Assembly: GCA_903884235.1 (NCBI GenBank)
Contig: CAISEB010000043.1
Span: 67,736 to 131,735, forward strand
Length of the DNA stretch: 64,000 nucleotides
Source: an uncultured Pseudomonadota bacterium
GTDB taxonomy: Bacteria > Pseudomonadota > Gammaproteobacteria > Steroidobacterales > Steroidobacteraceae
Direction of reading: 5' to 3'
Shown: in pieces, positions 40,863 to 48,511 of the stretch
Layout of the letters: each line of letters starts with the position of its first letter
Position numbering within the stretch: position 1 is the stretch's first letter
The notes under the pieces: generated by a model
Seen by the model: the letters and a program-made list of their open reading frames with translations, nothing else
What the model was told of the DNA's origin: nothing
Database searches by the model: none
Program-made: the position numbers and the translations under genes

Positions 40863-42236
40863 GTGGGTGGCGAGGACAGGCACGGCGGGATCGCCGACGC
40901 GAGCGCGGAAGGGGACGTCAACCTGTCCGCGAACCGTCGCGACTGGCAGGACGCGAACATCGGGCCCGAGACCCGCGCGCTGCTCGAGGCGGACTCGCGG
41001 CACTTCCTGCACCAGTCGCTGTCGACGCCGTGCATGGATGCGCTCGTGGAGGCCGATGGCATCTACCTCGTGGACGTCGAGGGGCGGCGCTTCATCGACT
41101 TCCACGGCAACAACGTCCACCAGGTCGGCTACCGCAATCCACGGGTGCTCGCCGCGGTCCGCGCCGCGCTCGAGACGCTGCCGTTCTCGCCGCGCCGCTT
41201 CACGAACCGCTACGCGATCGACCTCGCGGCGCGGCTTGCCTCGCTCGCGCCGGCCCCCCTCGGCAAGGTGCTGCTCGCGCCCGGTGGGGCCGAGGCGATC
41301 GGCATGGCGCTCAAGCTCGCCCGGCTCGCGACGGGACGGCACAAGACCGTGTCGATGTGGGACTCGTTCCACGGCGCCTCGCTCGATGCGATCTCCATCG
41401 GCGGCGAGGCCGTGTTCCGCCGCGGCATCGGGCCGCTGCTGCCGGGCACGGAGCACGTGCCGCCCTGCGATCCGCGAGCCTGCCTGTATGGCTGTGGCGG
41501 CACCTGCTCGGCGCGCTGCGCCGACGCCGTCGAGTACGTGCTGTCCAAGGAAGAGGATGTCGCGGCGGTCGTCGTCGAGACCGTGCGCTGCACCGACGTG
41601 CAGGTGCCGCCGCCCGAGTACTACCGCCGGCTGCGCGCGGCCTGCGACCGGCACGGCGCGCTGCTGATCCTCGACGAGATCCCGATCGGGCTCGGCCGCA
41701 CCGGACGGATGTTCGCGTTCGAGCACTACGGGATCGTCCCGGACATGGTCGTGCTCGGCAAGGGCCTCGGCGGCGCGGTCTGGCCGATGGCGGCACTGCT
41801 GGTCGATGCGAAGCTCGACGTCGCCGGCGACCGCGCGCTCGGCCACTACACGCACGAGAAGAGTTCGGTCGGCTGCGCGGCCGCGCTCGCGACGCTCGAC
41901 TGCCTGGTCGAGGACGGGCTGCTCGCGCGCGCCGGGGCGATCGGCCGCGTGATGGACGGGCGGCTGCGCGCGCTCGCGGCGCGCTCGAGCCTGGTCGGCG
42001 AGGTCCGCACCATCGGCGCACTGTGCGGGGTCGAACTGGTGCGGGCGGACGGCAGTCCCGCGCGGGACGAGGCGGAGCGCGTGATGTACGCCTGCCTCAC
42101 GGCGGGCCTCAGCTTCAAGGTCGGGCAGGGCAACGTGCTCAACCTGTCGCCACCGCTCGTGATCGACGACGCCGAGCTCGATCGGGCGCTCGGCATCCTC
42201 GAGCAGGCGATCCTCGCGGTCGCCGCGGGCGGCTGA
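40863..42236 (+). CDS. class III (omega-type) PLP-dependent aminotransferase
   Basis: A GTG start at 40863 is the only in-frame start upstream of the conserved N-terminal region. The translation contains DANIGPETRALLEADSRHFLHQSLSTPCMDALVEADGIYLVDVEGRRFIDFHGNNVHQVG, the SMWDSFHG motif and ALLILDEIPIGLGRTG. The PLP Lys lies in the VVLGKGLGG context. The product is 457 aa. Confidence 0.7.
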   Translation: MGGEDRHGGIADASAEGDVNLSANRRDWQDANIGPETRALLEADSRHFLHQSLSTPCMDALVEADGIYLVDVEGRRFIDFHGNNVHQVGYRNPRVLAAVRAALETLPFSPRRFTNRYAIDLAARLASLAPAPLGKVLLAPGGAEAIGMALKLARLATGRHKTVSMWDSFHGASLDAISIGGEAVFRRGIGPLLPGTEHVPPCDPRACLYGCGGTCSARCADAVEYVLSKEEDVAAVVVETVRCTDVQVPPPEYYRRLRAACDRHGALLILDEIPIGLGRTGRMFAFEHYGIVPDMVVLGKGLGGAVWPMAALLVDAKLDVAGDRALGHYTHEKSSVGCAAALATLDCLVEDGLLARAGAIGRVMDGRLRALAARSSLVGEVRTIGALCGVELVRADGSPARDEAERVMYACLTAGLSFKVGQGNVLNLSPPLVIDDAELDRALGILEQAILAVAAGG

Positions 42237-42242
42237 GTCCGC

Positions 42243-43745
42243 TCAGCCCGGGACGGCGCGGTCGGTGACCGCCTCGGCCTCGATCTCCACCAGGTAGTCG
42301 CCCACCAGGCGCCCGACCTCGAGCAGCACGTTGGCCGGCCGGATCGCGCCGAAGTAGCGGCCGTGCACGCGCGAGACCGCCTCGCAGTCCGCCGCGTCGC
42401 GCAGGTACACGCGGGTCACGATGACGTCCTCGAGGCTTGCGCCGAGGGCGGCGAGGCTCGCGGCGATCTTGTCGAGGATGAACGTCGCCTGCCCGGCGGC
42501 ATCGCCCGGGCAGACCACCTCGTCCGCGCCATGCGTCGCGGTCGTGCCGCTGACGAGCACGCGATCGCCGACGCGCACCGCGCGGCTATAGCCGCAGACC
42601 GGCTCCCAGCGACTGCCGCTCGAGACCCGCCAGCGCCCCGGGCGCCCGTCGACCGGCGTCGCGGCGAAGGCACGTGGCATCGCCTCGAGGTGGTGGCTGA
42701 GGTCCCCCGAGGCGGTCAGGAAGGGCGGTCGGCGATATTCGTCGCCGCAGTCGCCCGGTACCGGTCGCGTCGCCGCGAATGCCTCGTCGAGGCGCGCGCG
42801 ATCGGCGTCGTCGAGCACGAGGCCGAACACGCCGAGGTTGTCGGCGCGGTGCTCGCGCTCGCCGAGGCGGGCCCCGACGATGGTCGCCGCGACTGCAGGG
42901 TGGTCGAGCACCCAGCGCGTCGCGACGTTCGAGATCGACACGCCATGGCGCCGCGCGATCGAATCGAGCGCGCCGAGGATGCCCTGCAGGGCCTTCCAGC
43001 CGCCGATCGACTCGACGAAGCGGCTGTACTTCATCTTGCTCCAGTCGCCGATCTCGCCCGGCGCGGGCTCCGGTCGGCCAAGCCAGCGCGACGAGACGAG
43101 GCCACCGCCGAGCGTGCCATAGGCGAGCAGCCGCACGCCGTGCTCGAGGCACACCTGGCTGAGCTCGCCCGCCGCGCGGCGATCGAGGACCGAGAACGAG
43201 ACCTGGTTCGTGGCCACGGGAATCCCCTGCAGCAGCAGCAGCCGCAGGTGCGCCGCATCGAAGTTGGTGACGCCGATGTGGCGCACGACCCCTTCCTCGC
43301 GCAGGCGGGCGAGTTCCTGCATGGCGTCCAGGTAGCCCGGATGCTCGAAGCTCCACCAGTGGAACTGCAGCAGGTCGATCGCCTCGACGCCGAGGCGTGC
43401 GCGGCTGCGCTCGACACCCTCGCGCACGACCGCGGCGGTCATCGGTCCCGGCGTCGGGCACCACTTGGTGAATGCGAGCGGCATCGGCCGGTCGGGCAGT
43501 GCGCCCGCGCGGACACGCTCGAGCAGCCGTCCCGCGATCAGCTCGGCACTGCCGTAGTGGTCGGCCATGTCGAAGGTGTCGAAGCCGGCCCGGGCGTAGT
43601 CGAGCAGCACCGTCGAGGCGGCGTCGGGGTCGAGCGGCGCACGATCGCGCTCCATGTCGCCGACCTGCCAGAGGCCCGTCACGATACGGCTGATCTCGAG
43701 GTCCGGCGCGAGCCGGACCCGTTCGGGCGTGCGGACGGCGGTCAT
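42243..43745 (-). CDS. aldo/keto reductase fused to a C-terminal RidA/YjgF-like (Rid family) domain
   Basis: The N-terminal roughly 330 aa, ISRIVTGLWQVGDMERD...LLQFHWWSFEHPGY...HIGVTNFDAAHLR, form an aldo/keto reductase TIM barrel. The C-terminal roughly 130 aa, WEPVCGYSRAVRVGDRVLVSGTTA...ATFILDKIAASLAALGASLEDVIVTRVYLRD, form a RidA-like chorismate-mutase fold. ATG 43745 overlaps the stop of the upstream binding protein (ATGA). Confidence 0.6.
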   Translation of the reverse strand: MTAVRTPERVRLAPDLEISRIVTGLWQVGDMERDRAPLDPDAASTVLLDYARAGFDTFDMADHYGSAELIAGRLLERVRAGALPDRPMPLAFTKWCPTPGPMTAAVVREGVERSRARLGVEAIDLLQFHWWSFEHPGYLDAMQELARLREEGVVRHIGVTNFDAAHLRLLLLQGIPVATNQVSFSVLDRRAAGELSQVCLEHGVRLLAYGTLGGGLVSSRWLGRPEPAPGEIGDWSKMKYSRFVESIGGWKALQGILGALDSIARRHGVSISNVATRWVLDHPAVAATIVGARLGEREHRADNLGVFGLVLDDADRARLDEAFAATRPVPGDCGDEYRRPPFLTASGDLSHHLEAMPRAFAATPVDGRPGRWRVSSGSRWEPVCGYSRAVRVGDRVLVSGTTATHGADEVVCPGDAAGQATFILDKIAASLAALGASLEDVIVTRVYLRDAADCEAVSRVHGRYFGAIRPANVLLEVGRLVGDYLVEIEAEAVTDRAVPG

Positions 43746-45040
43746 CGGCGTGCTCCTGTGGCCTGCGGCGGCGCGAGTCGTGCGTTCAGCTGCGCCACGG
43801 ACTCGGCCGACATCTCGCCCACCGTCGTGAAGGCGCCGTCCCGGATGCGCCACAGGCGGAAGGGACCCGTGATGTCGCCCGCCTTGTCGAAGGCGACCGG
43901 GCCGATCACGCCCTCGTAGCGCACGGTCTTGCCGGCCTTCAGCAGCTCGAGGGCGCGAGCGAATTCGGCCTTGCCGGCGTGCACGACCGTGCCCTTCGGG
44001 TCCGTCACGCGGGCCATCGCGGCGCGGATCGCGGCGGGCTCCGCGCGCGGCGCCGCGGCGAGCGCGAGCCCGACCAGCGCACCGGCGTCGTAGGCCCGGT
44101 CCGCGGCGGGGCTCGCCGGGTCGAGGTGCGCGTAGGCGCGGTACTCGGCGTTGAAGTAGGCGGTGGACGGGCTCGGCGTGGTGCCGGACGAGGTGCCGTA
44201 GGCCTCGTTGAGGTACTTGGCCCCGACCGCGGCGACGAAGTCGGCGCTGTTCATGCCGTCGTTCAGCAGCATGCGCCGGGGGCCGCCCTGGGAGATCCAG
44301 CTGCGGGCGATCGTCGCGCCATCCACCGGCGTCGAGATCAGGTAGAGCGCCTCGGCGCCCGCGCCAAGGGTCGTGCTGACCTCCGCGGCGTAGCTGCCCT
44401 GGCGCTCGTTGTAGGGCGTCGCGACGACGATCGTCCCGCCGAGCGCCCGGTAGGCGCGCGCGAACTCGCGCTCGAGCTCCGTGCCGAAGTCATTGTTGAC
44501 GTAGATCACCGCGATGCGACGCATGCCCTGATCGAGCGCGTAGCGCGCGGCGACCGTCCCCTGCAGCGCGTCGGAGGTGATCGTGCGGAAGAACAGGCCG
44601 CCGCTGCGGCCGTCGCGGCCGAGTTCGGTCAGGCGGGGCGAGGACGCGGCGGGGGATACCTGCACGATCCGGGCCGGCGCGGTCACGGACGTCAGGATCG
44701 GCAGCGTCGTCGAGGAGATGATCCCGCCGACGAGCACGGGGACCTTGCGGATCTGCACGAGCTGGTTTGCCGCGTCGACCGCCACGGTCGGCTGGCTCTG
44801 GGAGTCGCGCGTGTCGGTGACGATGCGGCAGCCGTGCGGACCGCCGGCCGCGTTCACGTCGCGGAACGCCATCTCGAGCGACTTCGCCGCCGCCTGGCCG
44901 TAGGCGCCGGCGGTGCCGGTCAGTTCGAGTACCATGCCGACCGTGACCGTGCAGTCGGCCCCCCGGGCCACCGGGGCGAGGCCGCACAGGGTCGCGACGA
45001 GGAACGCCGCCAGGCTGCGCGGCAGGGGTCGATCGGTCAT
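43742..45040 (-). CDS. ABC transporter periplasmic substrate-binding protein (LivK / branched-chain amino acid type)
   Basis: The true start is ATG 45040, with AAGGA 9 nt upstream. The signal peptide is MTDRPLPRSLAAFLVATLCGLAPVARGADC. The mature protein has the Peripla_BP_6-type fold, GMVLELTGTAGAYGQAAAKSLEMAFRDVNAAGG. The upstream 149 codons of the six-frame ORF were rejected. Confidence 0.75.
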   Translation of the reverse strand: MTDRPLPRSLAAFLVATLCGLAPVARGADCTVTVGMVLELTGTAGAYGQAAAKSLEMAFRDVNAAGGPHGCRIVTDTRDSQSQPTVAVDAANQLVQIRKVPVLVGGIISSTTLPILTSVTAPARIVQVSPAASSPRLTELGRDGRSGGLFFRTITSDALQGTVAARYALDQGMRRIAVIYVNNDFGTELEREFARAYRALGGTIVVATPYNERQGSYAAEVSTTLGAGAEALYLISTPVDGATIARSWISQGGPRRMLLNDGMNSADFVAAVGAKYLNEAYGTSSGTTPSPSTAYFNAEYRAYAHLDPASPAADRAYDAGALVGLALAAAPRAEPAAIRAAMARVTDPKGTVVHAGKAEFARALELLKAGKTVRYEGVIGPVAFDKAGDITGPFRLWRIRDGAFTTVGEMSAESVAQLNARLAPPQATGARR

Positions 45041-45124
45041 CCGGGGCGTCCTTGGAGTCGGGGCGCCCTTGCTGAGACGCAGCGGGGCCGCTACCGTCGC
45101 AAGCTTACGAAGGTTCGGTCCCGG

Positions 45125-45934
45125 ATGAAAGCTGCCCGAGAATCCAGTACGCCGCCGGCGACCCTGTCCGGTCCCGTCCTCGAGGCTCGCGGCGTCACGC
45201 GACGCTTTGGCGGGCTCGTGGCGGTCGAGGACGTCTCGCTCGCGATCCAGCCCGGCGAGATCGTCGGCCTGATCGGCCCGAACGGCGCCGGTAAGTCGAC
45301 GCTGTTCGACGTGCTCGCGGGCGAGCGGGGGCCTTCGGCCGGTGAGGTGCTGCTGCGGGGACAGCGCGTCGATCGCGAGCCGGCGGAGCTGCGCCTCGCG
45401 CGCGGGCTCGGTCGCACCTTCCAGATCCCGCGTCCGTTCGCCGCGCTGTCGCTGGTCGAGAACGTGATGCTCGGTGCCCGGGCGCATCCCGGTGAACGGT
45501 TGTGGCCCAACCTGCTCGCCGGGCGTCGCGTCGCCTCGGCCGAGCGCATCGCGCTCGAGCGGGCGCTCGGCATCCTCGACTTCCTCGATCTAGGACCGCT
45601 CGCGCGCGAGCCGGCGCGCGTGCTCTCCGGCGGGCAGCGCAAGCTGCTCGAGCTTGCGCGCGTTCTGATGGCATCGCCCGCCGTGGTGCTCCTCGACGAA
45701 CCGGCCGCGGGCGTGCATCCGGCGCTCGTCGGCACGATCGGGCAGCGGCTCGCGACGCTGGCCGCGGACGGCCTGGCGGTGCTGATCATCGAGCATCACC
45801 TCGGCCTCATCCGCGACCTGTGCGCGCGCGCGGTGGTGATGGCCGAAGGTCGGGTGCTGTGCACGGGGACTCCCGCCGAGGTGCTCGCCGATCCCCGTGT
45901 GGCCGAGGCCTACGTCGGGCGGCCGGCCGCATGA
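45125..45934 (+). CDS. ABC transporter ATP-binding protein (LivG-like)
   Basis: It has Walker A GPNGAGKST, the signature LSGGQRKLLELARV, and Walker B VVLLDEPAAG. The product is 269 aa. Confidence 0.8.
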   Translation: MKAARESSTPPATLSGPVLEARGVTRRFGGLVAVEDVSLAIQPGEIVGLIGPNGAGKSTLFDVLAGERGPSAGEVLLRGQRVDREPAELRLARGLGRTFQIPRPFAALSLVENVMLGARAHPGERLWPNLLAGRRVASAERIALERALGILDFLDLGPLAREPARVLSGGQRKLLELARVLMASPAVVLLDEPAAGVHPALVGTIGQRLATLAADGLAVLIIEHHLGLIRDLCARAVVMAEGRVLCTGTPAEVLADPRVAEAYVGRPAA

Positions 45935-46653
45935 GCCGCGCGATGCTCGAGGCCGACGCGCTCGTCGCGGGCTACGAACCCGGCACGCCGATCGTGCAGG
46001 GTGCCTCGCTCGCGATCGGGGCCGGCGAGATCCTCGCCGTGCTCGGCCCGAACGGTGCCGGCAAGTCGACGTTCGTGAAGGCGATCGCGGGACTCGTGCC
46101 GCTCGGGGCGGGGCGCGTGGTCGTGGGTGACGTGGATGTCACGGCCTGGCCCGCGCACCAGCGCATCGAGGCGGGCCTCGCCTACGTGCCGCAGATCGAG
46201 AACGTGTTCGCGACGCTCTCGGTCGAGGACAACCTCGCGCTCGCGACACGCGGCTCGCGCGCCGCGCGCCGTGCGGCGCTCGAGCGTGCGCTGGGGCGCT
46301 TCCCGGACCTCGGGCTCGCGCGCACGCGCGAGGCCGGTCGCCTGTCCGGGGGGCAGCGGCAGATGCTCGCGATCGCGCGTGCGCTCGTCGTGGAGCCGGC
46401 GGTGCTGCTGCTGGACGAGCCTTCGGCCGGGCTCTCGCCGCGCGTCGTCGGCGAGCTGTTCGGGCAGCTGCGGGCGATCGCCGCCGGCGGCGTCGGGATC
46501 GTGCTCGTCGAGCAGAACGTGCGCGCGGCACTCGCGCTCGCCGACCGTGCGCTCGTGCTGGTCGCGGGCAGGAACCGGCTCGAGGGCCCCGCGGCCGATG
46601 TCGCCGCGGATCCCCTGCTGGCGGCGCTCTACGTCGGCGGGGTGGCCGCATGA
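45931..46653 (+). CDS. ABC transporter ATP-binding protein (LivF-like)
   Basis: It has Walker A GPNGAGKST, LSGGQRQMLAIARAL and LLLDEPSAGL. ATG overlaps the upstream stop (ATGA). The product is 240 aa. Confidence 0.8.
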   Translation: MSRAMLEADALVAGYEPGTPIVQGASLAIGAGEILAVLGPNGAGKSTFVKAIAGLVPLGAGRVVVGDVDVTAWPAHQRIEAGLAYVPQIENVFATLSVEDNLALATRGSRAARRAALERALGRFPDLGLARTREAGRLSGGQRQMLAIARALVVEPAVLLLDEPSAGLSPRVVGELFGQLRAIAAGGVGIVLVEQNVRAALALADRALVLVAGRNRLEGPAADVAADPLLAALYVGGVAA

Positions 46654-47555
46654 CGCTGCAGTGGATCCTCGACGGCGTGATCGCCGCGGCGACGCTCGCG
46701 CTCGGCGCGACCGGTGTCACGCTGACCTACTCCAACCTTCGCTTCGCGAACTTCGCCCATGGCGAGTTCATCTCCTGGGGCGCCTACCTCGCGCTCACGC
46801 TTGCGGCGCTTGCCGGCAGCGTGTTCGGCACGGCGGAGGTCGCCGGTCCCTTCTCGTTCGGTGGCCGGCTGCTGCTGGCGGCGGGCCTCGCCGCGGCGCT
46901 CACCGGCGTGATCGCCCTCGTGCTCGACATGCTCGTGTTCCGGCGGTTGCGCGCGCGCGGCGCCGCGGTCACCGCCGTCATGGCGAGCTTCGGCGTGTCG
47001 ATGTCCCTGCGTGCGCTCCTCGAGGTGCTCTACACGTCGCGGCCGCGGTACTACTCGGAGGAACTGGAGATCGCCATGCCGTTGGGCGCCGGGCTGCGCG
47101 CGACGCCGGACCAGCTTGCCGTGCTCGGGCTCGCGCTCGTGACCGGCATCGGCGTCGCCCTGCTGCTCTCGCGCACCAGCCTCGGGCGCCAGATGCGTGC
47201 CGTCGCCGAGAACCCGGTGCTCGCCGAGATCGTCGGCATCGATGTCGCCCAGGTCATCCGCCTCACCTGGCTGCTCGGGGCGGGCCTTGCGGCAGTGTCG
47301 GGCGTCGCGCTCGGCGTGCTCGTGCAGGTGCGCCCGTCGATGGGCGCCGAACTCCTGCTGCCGCTGTTCGCCGCGGCGATCGTCGGCGGGATCGGCAGCG
47401 TGCCGGGCGCGTTCGTCGGTGCGCTGGTGGTCGGCGTCGCCGAGGCCGCGACGGTGCGCTACGCCGGTGCCGAATGGCGCGCGGCGGTGTCCTTCGTCCT
47501 GCTCGTCGCGGTGCTGCTCGTGCGGCCCACGGGCCTGTTCGGGCGACAGCCATGA
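46650..47555 (+). CDS. branched-chain amino acid type ABC permease (LivH-like)
   Basis: The 301 aa product has 8-9 TM segments and a typical LivH N-terminus, MTLQWILDGVIAAATLALGATGVTLTYSNLRFANFAHGEF. Its start overlaps the upstream stop. Confidence 0.8.
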   Translation: MTLQWILDGVIAAATLALGATGVTLTYSNLRFANFAHGEFISWGAYLALTLAALAGSVFGTAEVAGPFSFGGRLLLAAGLAAALTGVIALVLDMLVFRRLRARGAAVTAVMASFGVSMSLRALLEVLYTSRPRYYSEELEIAMPLGAGLRATPDQLAVLGLALVTGIGVALLLSRTSLGRQMRAVAENPVLAEIVGIDVAQVIRLTWLLGAGLAAVSGVALGVLVQVRPSMGAELLLPLFAAAIVGGIGSVPGAFVGALVVGVAEAATVRYAGAEWRAAVSFVLLVAVLLVRPTGLFGRQP

Positions 47556-48505
47556 GCGGCTGGTTCGCCTACGCGTGTACCTTCGGCGTACTCGCGCTCG
47601 TGCAGGGGATCGCCTGCCTCGGGCTCAACCTGCAGTGGGGCCAGACCGGGCTGTTCAATGTCGGCGTCGCGGCCTTCATGTCGATCGGCGCGTACACCTC
47701 GGCGCTGGTCACGACGGCGGCGATCGACGGTCGCCTCGGTGGCCTCGGGATGCCGATCGTCGTCGGACTCGTGGCGGCGATGGCGGTGGCCGCACTCGCC
47801 TCCGCGGCGGTCGGTGCGCTGACGCTGCGCCTGCGGACGGACTACCTCGCGATCGCGACCTTCGGCGTCGCGGTCGTCGTCGATCTCGTCGCGCGCAACG
47901 CCGTGTCGCTGACCGGTGGCACGCTCGGCATCAGCTTCATCCCGCGGCCATTCGCCTCGTTCGCCGACCGACCGGTGCCGTTCGCGTTCGCGACGTTCGT
48001 GCTGGTCGCCCTGCTCGCGTTCGGCGCCTACCTCGTGCTCGAGCGCCTGGCCACGAGCCCGTGGGGCCGCGTGCTGCGCGCGATCCGCGAGGACGAACGT
48101 GCGGCCGCCTCGCTTGGCAAGAGTGGGGCCTGGTACCGGCTGCAGGCCTTCACGGTCGGTGGTGCGCTGATGGGTCTCGCCGGCGCGCTCGAGGCGCATG
48201 CGATCGGCTTCCTGTCGCCGGACAACTTCACGGCCAGCGTCACGTTCCAGGTGTGGGCGATGCTGGTGGTCGGCGGCAGCGGCAACAACCGCGGCGCGCT
48301 CGCCGGCGCCGTCCTTGTCTCGGCGCTGTGGAGCCTGACGGGGCTTGCGACCGCGGCGTGGTTCCCGCCGGACGAGCAGGCCCGGGCGGCGGCACTCAGG
48401 ATCGTCGCGATCGGCGTGCTCTTGACGCTGACGATCCTGTGGCGGCCGCGCGGCCTCCTCGGCGAGCGCACGGCCGTGTCGCGCCACCTCGGTGGCGCGG
48501 ACTGA
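47552..48505 (+). CDS. branched-chain amino acid type ABC permease (LivM-like)
   Basis: The 317 aa polytopic product overlaps the upstream stop with ATGA. The translation is MSGWFAYACTFGVLALVQGIACLGLNLQWGQTGLFNVGVAAFMSIGAY... Confidence 0.8.
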   Translation: MSGWFAYACTFGVLALVQGIACLGLNLQWGQTGLFNVGVAAFMSIGAYTSALVTTAAIDGRLGGLGMPIVVGLVAAMAVAALASAAVGALTLRLRTDYLAIATFGVAVVVDLVARNAVSLTGGTLGISFIPRPFASFADRPVPFAFATFVLVALLAFGAYLVLERLATSPWGRVLRAIREDERAAASLGKSGAWYRLQAFTVGGALMGLAGALEAHAIGFLSPDNFTASVTFQVWAMLVVGGSGNNRGALAGAVLVSALWSLTGLATAAWFPPDEQARAAALRIVAIGVLLTLTILWRPRGLLGERTAVSRHLGGAD

Positions 48506-48511
48506 TCCGGC

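Noticed and set aside
43979-45124. Upstream 382 codons of ORF 43979..45934, and ORF 45091..45789 on the minus strand
   Set aside because: They are antisense to the LivK-like binding protein gene. The ABC ATPase starts at ATG 45125, with its Walker A motif about 40 residues in.
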